Source: Felis catus (Eukaryota). Taken from it: 64,000 nucleotides of DNA. The notes under the pieces were generated by a model. The model was not told where the DNA came from. It saw nothing but the letters and a program-made list of their open reading frames with translations, and made no database searches. Below are positions 51,766-63,300 of the stretch, one piece after another (the stretch's first letter is position 1; every line of letters begins with the position of its first letter). Position numbers and translations under genes: made by a program. The DNA lies in assembly GCF_018350175.1 (NCBI RefSeq), contig NC_058383.1:14076001-14140000 (forward strand), read 5' to 3'.

Positions 51766-54499
51766 ATATCTAAAATCGGAAGAAAGTGTGTTCACTGGGG
51801 CATCAGGCAGACTGCACTGGCTTACTGATTCCGTCCCGTGTTAGCTGTGTGACCTTGGACAAATCACTTCACCTCTCGGCTGTGAAATGGGGCCCTTGTG
51901 AGTCGGGATGAAATGGAATTTGGAAGGTGCGGCCCGAGCCCTGGGGCCCCGTGTGTGGCACCTGGGAGAACACAGACACCTGGAGGGAAGGGACCCTGCT
52001 GGCCAGCCCCCCGCCCTGCCCCCCACATCCCTGATGTGGGAACTGCACTGGCCCCTCATCAGTGCTCAGCAGATATTTGTGGCCCGAACGGGTGAACCGC
52101 CAGCTGTGCTCTGTGGCAGAGCGTGGTCACAGTCATCTGTGACGTAAGGCTCAAAAGGGGTAAAAGGAGGTCCTTTGCCGTCTCACTTGCTTGGTCTCTG
52201 ATTTAACTGGACTCCTCTCTTCCGGTGTTTGTCGGAGGCCGCATTCCGTTTCCTCCTTCCTCCTCCTTTCTTCCTCTCCCTCTTCTTCTACAGATGATGC
52301 CTTTGGGTGACGCGCTTGAGGCCTAGGAGATCTGTGTGCCTCAGATCCCGTTGTAGAACATGCTGGTCCTTCACATGTGTGAGGAGCGCTGCCTCACCGC
52401 CGGGCGCGGGCGGGAGGCCCGCACACAGAGAGGGTGTTGGAAAGGTGCGTTTGTGGTTTTAACAGGTGCACGCACTAGGTTCTGGAAGAGTGTTGGCACA
52501 AGTGTGGAAGGACGGAGGCCCGGACTCACCCACGGGAGGTGCTGAGCTGGCAAGGGCTCAGCTTGAACAGGAGAACTCAGAAACTTGGGACACGGGGACC
52601 CGAGGACGCAGGTGGGGAGAGCACCCCGGGGCCTGAGGTGGAAGCAAGTCACAGAAGACAGTCCGGGCCCGGGAGCGGGAATCCGCAGGGGGGCTGGCGT
52701 GGGGAGCAGTGTAGAGGCGCACGCGTGCGGGGATCTAAGGCAGGCTGCGTGGCGGGGGAGCTGGTTCCGAGGGCCAGGTGGAGACCGCTTTGAGCCCCAG
52801 GCTGGCCTGGACTTAATTCTGTAGACATGGGGGGTGGGAGGGGGGACCGGGTGACCTGGGGCACCACGGCGACGTAAGGGAACTGATGTCACGGTTCAGT
52901 GCCAAATAGGTGGGAAAGTGGGTTAAGATCCAGTGGTGGGTATGAGGTGCCTCTGCTACAAGACGCAGCTGGCCCTCTGAGCTTCAAAGGCCGGGGTGCT
53001 CCTCACTCTGGAGCCCTGTCCTTGGCCGCATCCTGTGCCAAGAGCCAACACCTGGAATTGCCCCCTCCGGAAAATCCGAAGCCTTCCTCAGCGCGGAGCC
53101 CTGCGCGCTCCCCTTGAGCTTGCTCTCCCCTCGCCTCCCCTGCTGCTCTCCTTGTGAAACCTCCCAGCCCCCTCCACCTCCCTCCAGTCTTCTCCAGCTC
53201 AGCTCCCTGCCGGCAACATCCTTCCGCATCCAGCCTGCAGGGCCGCTCCCCTGGCGAGCCCGTCGGGGAATCCTTCTGTCGCCTGATCTCTGTGTCCTCT
53301 GCTCCATTTACCTGTTGTCCCCCTCATCCCGAATCAGCGTATTCCCCGGGGAAAAGTCCCACCACGGCGAGGGGTGGCACCCTTAGGACGCACACCGTGC
53401 AGTCTTATGGTGGGAGGGGTGGGGGGGGGCCGCAGCTTGTCCCGGCACTTCTGTTCCACGTACCACACAGCTTTCTGTTTCCCCGGCCAAGAGGCAGCCT
53501 AGGGGCTGGGAGACTCTGCGGAGGGTCATGGTGGGGATGAGGGGCTGGGGAGTTCTCTGCTCCAAGCCCAGTCTTGCCCTCCCCCTGCAGCTGTCTGGCT
53601 TTGTCTCAGCTGTGGCTGCTACGACAACGGTCCCCCGGGGCCTGCCTCCTGGGGCCACCACCCGGCCTCTGGGCCCTGCCACCCCATGGAGTGCCCTGTT
53701 GCAGGGCTGAAACTGCTTCCCTGCCTGGGGCCCAGGGGACCGAGAGATGGAACCCAGAAGTGCAGGAGAGCCAGCTCTCAGAGGGATGGCCTTTGACGGG
53801 GGAGGCGGGGGGGACAGAAGCTCCCTGCCTCAGCAAGGAACTTTCTCTCCCTCCCTGCTTTCCTGATGCCCTGTTGCACTCGCTTGGTGGAAGGACCTTC
53901 TCCCGCCTTAATTCTTGCTCCTCGTAGGTCTTTAGACTGTTCTGACATATGGATGGCAATTGGCTTAGCCACTGATAGAGAAGTTCTCCCTTTTAATAAT
54001 GTCCCTGTCACTGCTAACTGCGGAGCCTCAGCCTTGCCATGCATGAGAAATAAACCGCTGCCATCATGACAGGCGGCCACATCCAGACACGGAGACATGA
54101 GCGAGCTGACGGTTAATAGGGGGCAGGATTCTCCAAGTGCCTCCTTCCGTCCTGGCCCCAGACACGGTGGCTAATTGTGTGATTAGTGTCTACTGAGGGA
54201 TGTCTAATGGCCATCCACACCTTGTTAGGTGCTGTACCTCCCTGTAGAAAGAACACTGAACTAACAGGAGACCCGGGTTCTCGTTCTGCCATCTTTCTAG
54301 GGACCAAAGTCCATGCGTGTGTAAATGAGAGTTACGTGACTTTAACTCTCGGATTGTGGGTCGCACCCTTCTCTTCCTTCTCTTTGCATGGGTCTGCTTT
54401 TAGCCCCTGTTCGTCTCTGCCTCGCATCATAATGAATTGTGTATACGGCGGACCCAAGAGTTTGCAAGAGAATACGTTTTCTTTGCTTCTAAAAATCCT

Positions 54500-54830
54500 T
54501 CTCTAGGTCGTTTGGGAATCAATTGGCCGTCAGGTGACTTGTTCTCTCTTAGCAAGGCCAGAAGTAGTGGCTTGCTTTGGCATCATGAGGTCGTCATGAT
54601 GACGTAATGTCGGAGCTAATTGTATTTCTCTTGGTCTTCGTGGTGACAAGATGGCTGCTGCAATTCCAGTCATTGCCTCTCCGTACAAAGAAGGAAGGGG
54701 CCACGTCTGCTCCTGCTGTTGAATCAGGAACAAAAATCTTTTCCAGAAGTGCCTCTGGCGTGCTCTGCGTGTGGTCCACAAAGTGGTCACGTGACCGGCC
54801 TTTGCTTTAAGGGACTAGAAGATGGGACTC
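54500..54830. mobile_element. Old MaLR LTR fragment (MLT1-like, tentative)
   Basis: GTGACAAGATGGCTGCTGCAATTCCAG...CTTTTCCAGAAG...GGTCACGTGACC resembles old MLT1 LTRs. Confidence 0.45.
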
Positions 54831-55443
54831 AGAAGTCCCAGAGAGCCAACTAGAGATCTCTAAGGGATGGCCTTTGATGGGGGCCAACAAGGAGCTCCGC
54901 CCTCAGCAGGGGAATCTCCCTCCCTTCCAGAGAATAGTTGCTTTCCAGAGAGAGTATGGCAGAGGCAAAAGAGGAAAGAGGGCATGGCATTTGCATTGTG
55001 AAGCCGTGGTGCCTGTCAGCCCCTCCACACCCCCAAGTGCATTTTCAGTGAATATTAAAATGAAGAAGAGTCTTTGCTAACTAAACGTCCATGAACTAGA
55101 ATACTCAGATCCTAGGGTTAGCTTGGATTTGCCTTGAAGACATCTCACCGATTGAAAACGACCACGCGTAGCCCTATCTGGTCACTGCTAAGGTGCACAT
55201 TTATGTGTCTCTGAAACAGAGATTCATTTTAGGGTCAGTCACGTGTCATAGTTTAATTGGTAGCATTTTTTCCTCTGCGAGTACACAAACATGGTAAAAA
55301 AAAGTTTAGAGTTGAAGGCGTCGTAGATTTGGGGAATGTCAAGTATTTGTATATGTGTGTACCGTAGTTTACCCTACAAAGGATTTTTATTGGGCACGTA
55401 GTACGTGCCAAGTGTTTTGTGTTACTTGATGGTACATCAGATC

Positions 55444-55672
55444 TTTTTTTTTTTTTAATTTTTTTTTAACGTTTATTTATTTTTGAGACAGAGAGAGACA
55501 GAGCATGAACGGGGGAGGGGCAGAGAGAGAGAGGGAGACACAGAATCGGAAGCAGGCTCCAGGCTCTGAGCCATCAGCCCAGAGCCCGATGCGGGGCTCG
55601 AACCCATGGACCGTGAGATCGTGACCTGAGCTGAAGTCGGACGCTTAACCGACTGAACCACCCAGGCACCCC
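55444..55672 (-). mobile_element. Young Can-SINE
   Basis: SINE body; TAC(A/G)TCAGATCTT on both sides. Confidence 0.9.
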
Positions 55673-56599
55673 TACGTCAGATCTTCTTACACCATGAGGC
55701 CCGTTTCACCAATGAGGAAGCCGAAACTTTGAGAAGTAAGTTAGTTGTCCGGAGGCACCTCTCTGTGTCTCCCTTTGTGCTGAGGTCGGTACTCGCCGAC
55801 CCCTGGATGTGTGACCCAGTCCTGATCAGCATCGGTGGCCGGACCGGGGATTGCGGAGTGGCGGGCCTGGGGGTGCAGTGACACAGTGGTGGCGGGGAAC
55901 CTTCCTCCCCTCAGGTTTTGCAGTTACCAGCGTGTAAAGTTGTAAAGCTGTTAGTTCTAGGGCTCTCAATTATGCTGTGAGAGCTTCAAATCCAGCCCAT
56001 AATTAGAACAAAATGTGAGAAAAGTGAAATTGATATTAAGTTAATTAAAAGGCTTTGCTTATATTTGCAAGGAAATTAGCGCCACAAGACTGCCGACAAG
56101 TGCACATTGTTAGTTTCTTCTTCGTGTTGGGCAGCCCTCGGCAGGCCTGAGGCAAGCTCTGTCCTTGGCTTCTGCCCTGTTGCCCTCTCTACAGTCTAGT
56201 CTCCAATTTATTGGTATTCATGGTGGCTTTAATTGGGCAAGCTCGGTGTGATCCTGTGAGGGTCATTCTTCAATGGAAACCGAGTCTGGAGTAGTAGCCA
56301 CACCATCCAGCCGAGGGCCCCGGACCCAGAAGTGTGTAGACACATCCTCCTGAGAAGCTGATGCCACGAGCTGGTCCGCGGTTCTCTTGAGTCCGGAAGG
56401 GAGTCCCTTTGGCTCCAGTGCACCCTTCTTCTCATTCCCATTCATCACCCTGATCTGTGCTGGAGACTTGAGGTTGAGTATGTGGTGCAGAACTTTAGTT
56501 GGGAGCTCCTGGAAGGGAGGGACAAGTCTTTTTTACGACACTGTTTATACCAGATCAGGGTCTGCATTAGGGAAACGGACGGCAGGCAGCCCAGAACTT

Positions 56600-57010
56600 T
56601 CCTTGCCTCTAGCTGGGGAGGCAGAGCTAACGCCTTTGTTCGCCAAGGCATTTTCCTCTCCTCGTGGGCACACAGCTGATCTTCAGAAAGCCTCGCCTGC
56701 AGTTAAGTGGGGCCATGTGACTGAGTTCTCGATAGAAGGTGGGTAGAAGGGATGTTCGTCGCCGGTAGGCCTGGTCCACAAAATCCCCTGTGGAGTCCAC
56801 GCTTTATGTCATTACCTGCTAGTGGTGGCTTTGGAGTCCATCTCTCGGGGGACTGTAAGGTGGGTGGATCCTTAGTCCCTGAATGACCACGTGGAACAGA
56901 GCACTATCCTCCACAGCTCTCTCTTGATGCCCTCATGCATCGGACCATTGTTTTAAGCCCTTGAGATCGTGGAGCTTCTCTGTTACAGCAGCCAGTGTTA
57001 ATTATCCTAA
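56600..57010 (+). mobile_element. Old MaLR LTR (MLT1I/J-like)
   Basis: CCTGCAGTTAAGTGGGGCCATGTGACTGAGTTCT...CCCTGAATGACCACGTGGAACAGAGC...TTTTAAGCCCTTGAGAT...TGTTACAGCAGC. Confidence 0.65.
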
Positions 57011-57965
57011 TTCCATTAGGTAGGCCTACAACACTAGTCCGGAGGCTAGACCCAGAGACTCTGGGTCTCTGTCCTTGACCAATATGATCAACATGTACTG
57101 AGTGGGTTGAACAGTGAGTGGGGGTGGGGCAAGGTGGTTGGATTGAAATCTATCTGGTTCTGGACTAACTTCTGTCTGATCTCTTGGCTTTAAGAAAAGA
57201 GTCTTGTTCCTTAGTGTCCCGGTGTTCTATTTACAGAATGATGGAATGATTGTAATCATCCCCTACTTATGCTCCATGTTGGAGCTGAGGGATAAGTATT
57301 GAAATATAGCTAAGCTGTTTGCAATTATAAAGAACTAAATAATATATGCATTGTCTTTATTACGGCTTCTGCTGATAGGAACTGGCATTTTTCAAGAGGA
57401 GACAAACTGCAAAGGTTAGCTTAAGAATTAGCAATTTAAAAAATCATGATCTTTGCTGCCGCTGCATTTTAAATCATGCAAACATTTATGTTTGTGCCAA
57501 AGTTCCACAATCTCTTTTAGAGCAATTACTGAAATGCATTCACAAGATAAAAATGGAGTTCAGGGAAGAATATTTAAGAGCCCTCTAATGATGTTACAAA
57601 CTTTGCTAATTTGCCAAGTTGTTCTAAAATCCACTTTCCTTTTTTTTTTTTTCCCCCTGCCTCCCCGTCTTCCCGCAATTGAACTGATTCCAGAAGATTT
57701 GAGGAACGGGGCTGAAACTAATAGTAAAATACACAACTCTTATAACGTACCTTTTCAGGAGCTCCGTCTCTTCCTTCGTCAGCCGAAGGGGAGCACTCAG
57801 GAAGATGTAAGCACCCCCGGGCTGTGTTTAGTTGCACAAAGCGGTTTGGGGAGAAGACAAAAGTCACACGGCAGTCACCAAATGGATGCTTCGAGTCAAA
57901 AGTCTTCTGCTCTTCAGGAACTTGTGTTCCGCGACCCTTGGGGAAAAGTAGACTGCCCTATGTGT

Positions 57966-58012
57966 TCCTCCTCCCCCTCCTCCTCCCCCTCCTCCTCCTC
58001 CTCCTCCTCCTC
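57966..58012 (+). repeat. (CCT)n imperfect trinucleotide repeat
   Basis: Direct reading. Confidence 0.9.
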
Positions 58013-58864
58013 ACTCAGAGGCCAACTTTGCACAACAGCAGCTGGTGGCGGGCTTGTGGTCCCTCCCCTCCCAGCCTCACTGCTAGGTGGGTGTCCCAGC
58101 TTCTTCTTTAGGGCTGTGAGAACCCACATCTGTCCTCCTTCCCCACAAGAAAGGATCTCGTGTTAAAGGCGCACAATTTTGTCAGAACGTGAGTTCATGG
58201 TTACCTCTCAGGGACGGTTCTGTTGAAAGCCTCATCTTAGGGGAGACCGTTCGATGCCCCTGAATTCTGGACAAGAGCCAGATGGGCGACCCCGGCCCCT
58301 CCAGCTGCTTCCCTAACCAGCTGATCTCCAGGGGGCGCCATTCGGTGGACTGAGCATGGGCTTTCGCGTTTGACAGATTTTTCTCGAACTTCCTCTTGGC
58401 TACGTAACACAGCCAGACCCAACCTTGGGTTTTGGGCAACTCCGTGTTGCTGAGCCTCAGTTTGCCCGTCGGGAAAAACAGCAACTCCTCCTGTGAGTAT
58501 GATAAAGAAAGACCGGATGAGATGACATCTGTCGAATACGTTGCAGCATGCCTGTAAATAGGAGAATATTGATGAATGATTCGGTTAATACTGCTGCGGG
58601 GGGGGGGGGGGGTCAGGGGGTCAGAGCCATTATCGCTCTCTGGAACAAGACAGCCCGGCCCCTCTGGGACTGCTTTTCTCCCCAGCGAAATCTAGATGGG
58701 CTCTAAAGTGTGTTCAAGTTCTGTAATTGTGTGGATCAGACAGGTAGAGTCAGTGATTCAAAGGCGTCTTTTCCTGTAGACAGCGGTTGGTCAGCATTGG
58801 TCAGATCTGCACTTTTTGGCAGCAATAAAAAGTTCGGTCCAAAGGACCGAGAAAGGATTTCTCT

Positions 58865-59577
58865 AACGTGTGGTGGTTTCAAAATGTGTCTGCAATTTTT
58901 TTTCGTCCCTCTTCCTCGCAAAAGGTGGAGTGCTTCCCCTCCCATGGATCATCATCATCGGCTGGCCTTAGTGACTGCCTTTGAGAGGCTAGAATTCAAT
59001 GGAAATGATGTCGCAGGACTTCCTAGGCTGGGTGGTAAAGGACGATAGAGTTTCTAGCAGGTGCTGTCTCTGCGGATGTGCCCCTTTGAAGCCTTGAGCC
59101 ACCTGTCAGAAATCAGGCTGACCTGAAGCCGCTGTGCTGGAGAGAGACCCCCGGGGCAGGCGGGGGGGAGAGGGGGAACGGAAGGGGAGTGGTGGGAGGG
59201 GGGGGGGAGAGTCTCAGCTGTTCCAGCTCCCAGCTGTTTCTGTCTTCCCAGAGCAGGTGCCAAACGTGTGAGTGAGTGCACTTCAACCTACCCCACCCCC
59301 ACCACCCTTCCCTACCTATCCGCCCTTTCCACCTCTCACCCCTCTCTAGTCTTCACCCCCCACTTTTCTCCCTTCCCCGCCTATCCTTCCTCCCCACCTA
59401 TTCCACCCTACCCCACACCACCTTGGCCTTCAAGCCTCCCTAGCTGATACCAGCTGGAGCTGAGAGGAGCCGTCCCCACCCCCAAGTTCTGCTTCATGAG
59501 CAAAATTACATGGAGTTGTGGTTTTAAGCCAGTAACTTTTTGGGTGGTTTGTTAAACAGCAAGAAATAACCGGAACG
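58865..59577 (+). mobile_element. MaLR LTR (MLT1F/G/H-like) with internal G-rich and C-rich low-complexity tracts
   Basis: GGTGGAGT...GGCTGGCCTTAGTGACTGC...GACTTCCTAGGCT...GTTTTAAGCCAGTAACTTTTTGGGTGGTTTGTTA...AATAACCGGAAC. Confidence 0.7.
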
Positions 59578-59643
59578 CTGGGCCAGTACCTCTGTGCTCA
59601 ATAAGGTGTTCTTTTTCTTCTTAACCACAAGAAACAGATTCCT

Positions 59644-59840
59644 GGGCTGCCTGGTTGGCCCAGGGGTTGAGCATCTGAGAGTCGATCTCAACTCTTGATG
59701 TCAGCTCAGGTCACGATCTCAGCGTCGTGGGATCGAGCCCCGCATCGGGATCCATGCTGAGAGTTCGGAGCCTGCTTGGGATTCTCTCTCCCTCTCTTGC
59801 TCTGCCCCACCCCTCTCAAAATCAAGAAAATAAACATTGA
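59644..59840 (+). mobile_element. Older Can-SINE
   Basis: Diverged SINE body. Confidence 0.85.
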
Positions 59841-60381
59841 AGAAATAGGAGATTCCTGATGATGATGGCGACGGTGATGATGCTAACAGTAAAAACTATG
59901 ACAGTAGCTAACATTTACTGTGCATGTGCTTCAAGTGCCCAATACTGTTCTAAAGACTTTATATGGATGTAAAAGTGGGAAATGAATTTTTTTTTCTTAA
60001 GTCTTGGGTTTATATGCCACCGATAGGCTGTGGGTTGCAGCGTGATTATCGCAGGGGGGGTCAGGTTGGCCAAGAATTTCAGACATCTTTTCGCCAAGTT
60101 CCTGACTCGGCCAGGACGCGCGCGCGCACCCCTGGGGTGCTGAGGCAGGAGAAGGAAACGTGGCTTTTCTGCGGCAGCTCCTTCCCGCGAGGGCGTCTCC
60201 CTTCGCTGAGCTTGAGCATCGTGTCTGGACTCACGGCCTCTCACGCCAAAGTTCCTGACATCCCACTGTAGTCTCGCAAACCTACCCTCTTCTTCACCAG
60301 AAGTTAAAATAAGTCCCTTAAGCTTCTTTTCTTCTACTTGAGCAGACTGGGAAGTTGGGGGCTTGTCTGGACTATGGTCTT

Positions 60382-61408
60382 TTTTTTTTTTTTTTTAATA
60401 TATGAAGTTTGTTGTCAAATTGGTTCCCATACAACACCCAGTGCTCATCTCAAAAGGTGCCCTCTTCAATGCCCATCACCTACCCTTCCCCCCCTCACCC
60501 CCCATCAACCCTCAGTTTGTTCTCGGTTTTTAAGTCTCTTATGCTTTGGCTCTCTCCCACTCTAACCTCTCTCTTTTTTTTTCCTTCCCCTCCCCCATGG
60601 GTTCCTGTTAAGTTTCTCAGGATGCACATAAGAGAGAAAACATATGGCATCTGTCTTTCTCTGTATGGCTTATTTCACTTAGCATCACAGTCTTCAGTTC
60701 CATCCACGTTGCTACAAAGGGCCAGATTTCGTTCTTTCTCATTGCCACATAGTATTCCATTGTGTATATAAACCACAATTTCTTTATCCATTCATCAGTT
60801 GATGGACATTTAGGCTCTTTCCATCATTGGGCTATTGTTGAGAGTGCTGCTATAAACATTGGGGTACAAGTGCCCCTACGCATCAGTACTCCTGTATCCC
60901 TTGGGTAAATTCCTAGCAGTGCTATTGCTGGGTCATAGGGTAGGTATATTTTTAATTTTTTGAGGAACTTCCACACTGTTTTCCAGAGCGGCTGCACCAG
61001 TTTGCATTCCCACCAACAGTGCAAGAGGGTTCCCGTTTCTCCACATCCTCTCCAGCATCTATAGTCTCCTGATTTGTTCATTTTGGCCACTCTGACTGGC
61101 GTGAGGTGATATCTGAGTGTGGTTTTGATTTGTATTTCCCTGATGAGGAGCGACGTTGAGCATCTTTTCACGTGCCTGTTGGCCATCTGGATGTCTTCTT
61201 TAGAGAAGTGTCCATTCATGTGTTCTGCCCATTTCTTCACTGGATTATTTGTTTTTCGGGTGTGGAGTTTGGCGAGCTCTTTATAGATTTTGGATACTAG
61301 CCCTTTGTGTGATATGTCATTTGCAAATATCTTTTCCCATTCCGTCGGTTGCCTTTTAGTTTTGTTGATGGTTTCCTTTGCTGTGCAGAAGCTTTTTATC
61401 TTCATGAG
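60382..61408 (-). mobile_element. Young 5'-truncated felid L1 (ORF2 C-terminus + 3' UTR + poly-A), antisense in GALNT17 intron 1
   Basis: Peptide [27 protein letters not shown]...[26 protein letters not shown] is the L1 ORF2 C-terminal Cys-rich region; poly-T at 60380-60396; TSD TGGACTATGGTCTT at 60368-60381 and 61409-61422. Confidence 0.97.
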
Positions 61409-61544
61409 TGGACTATGGTCTTATAACGAGGAAACGCATCACCATCTCACTTTTCCCAGAGTGAGAGCGTTTCATTTCAGTCCAAACTAGGACAGACGAT
61501 GCCTACGGCTTTAGCCCTTCACTGAAGACCAGGGGACGCCACAG

Positions 61545-61735
61545 ACCAGTGGTTCCCATGCTTGTCCGAACTTCATATGCACTTGGGGACCTGTGGGGAA
61601 GTACCAAAGTACCAGCTCCCAGATCCCTCAACCCAGAAGTTCACATTTTGCAGATCCCGGTCAGACATGGCTCTGGAAATCCTCATTTTTCAAAAGCTCA
61701 GTAGGTGATTCTGATGCGCAGCTGGGAGGCACCGA
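61545..61735. mobile_element. MER5-like hAT MITE
   Basis: CAGTGGTTCCCA...CATTTTTCAAAAGCTC...AGGTGATTCTGATGC. Confidence 0.6.
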
Positions 61736-62254
61736 GACGGTTGCCGCCTGTGCTTTGAAGTGCTTCTGAGTCCTTTCCTCACGGCAAAACCTTTCCCGCC
61801 GTCATACCTGCAGACTGCTTCTTGGAGAGCAGATATCACCCCTGGTTCCAGGGTCTGCATCTGTAAAAATATCATCGATTCCACCGAGCTGTTGGGAAGC
61901 TTAGATGAGTTTTACTCGCATGGGATGTTTGATACGTTCCTGGCTTCTGGTAGATTTTTCTTTTTTTTAACTTTCAAACGCAATTAACGTGACTGCCAGC
62001 ATTTGCCTCTTCATTTCACGATTTCGAAACGTGCCTTCAAAGTTGCTCTTTTCTTTTTCTTATTGTAAGAACGCTTCACATGAGACCTGCCCTCCCGATC
62101 AACAGGTGGTGCTGTGACCCAGGCAGGTGGCGCCTCCTTTTGGGGCTCACGGCACCTCTGTTCTGCCCACGCCACACCCACATCTCGTGGCACCTGGGTG
62201 TCTTTGGTTGGGTAAGCTGGATCTGGGTGAATGTATTTCTTAAAATTTTTTTTA

Positions 62255-62496
62255 GGGGCGCCTGGGTGGCGCAGTTGGTTAAGCGTCCGACTTCAGCCAG
62301 GTCACGATCTCGCGGTCCGTGAGTTCGAGCCCCGTGTCAGGCTCAGGGCTGATGGCTCAGAGCCTGAAGCCTGTTTCGGATTCTGTGTCTCCCTCTCTCT
62401 CTGCCCCTCCCCCGTTCATGCTCTGTCTCTCTCTGTCCCAAAAATAAATAAACGTTGAAAAAAAATTAAAAAAATTTTTTTTTAATGTTTATTTTT

Positions 62497-62530
<34 letters not shown>

Positions 62531-62697
62531 ATACGAGCAGGGGAGGGGCAGAGGGAGACAGAGACACAGAATTGGAAGCAGGCTCCAGGCTCCGAGCCGT
62601 CAGCACAGAGCCTGACCCGGGGCTCGAACTCATGAACTGTGAAATCATGACCTGAGCTGAAGTCAGATGCTCAACCGACTGAGCCACCCAGGTGCAC
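62255..62697. mobile_element. Young + strand SINE (62255-~62474) inserted in the tail of an older - strand SINE (~62475-62697)
   Basis: Tail-to-tail SINE bodies; GGGTGAAT-n-n-A-n-TTC flanks the composite (62225-62239 / 62702-62716). Confidence 0.9.
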
Positions 62698-63074
62698 CCG
62701 CGGGTGAATAGACTTCATTCTGTTTGCTGGGAGTACAGTTTTATCTTTTTCTGTAAAACCTACTTGTCCTCTGATGTTTGCTAACTCAGTTGACCGTGGT
62801 ATTGACCTTCTGGTTTTACAAGCCTCTGCCTTCAATCTGTTCATAGACCACGGTAGCTACCGACAGCAGACTGGTGAGAGCTCTCCTGTCTCTTCTGTCC
62901 CTTTCTGCTCCCTGTGCCTGGTGTGGCCCCATGTTTGACCGAGGACTTGGGAATTGACTCTGGAAGGATTCCATCTCTGAGCTCTGCTCCTGGAAGTCTG
63001 TGTTGCACTTTGCTACCACTGCGGTGTCCCCAGCCAAAGTTTGGATCAGGCCACTCCCTGTGCTCTGGTTGCCT

Positions 63075-63300
63075 GTTTATTTTATTTTTTTTTAAGTTTA
63101 TTTATTTATTTATTTAGAGACAGAGAGAGAACGAGCAGGGTAGGGGCAGAGAGAGAGGGAGACAGAAGATCTGAAGTGAGCTCTGCCCTGACCGCAGAGA
63201 GCCCGATGCGGGGCTCGAACTCACAAACTGAAGTGTGAGATCATGACCCGAGCCAAATTCCAGCCAGATGCTTAACCCACTGAGCCACCCAGGTGTCCCC
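63075..63300 (-). mobile_element. Older Can-SINE
   Basis: SINE body. Confidence 0.85.

Noticed and set aside
57453..58166. 237-aa ORF with poly-Ser
   Set aside because: Non-ATG start; poly-Ser comes from a (CCT)n repeat; no recognisable homology
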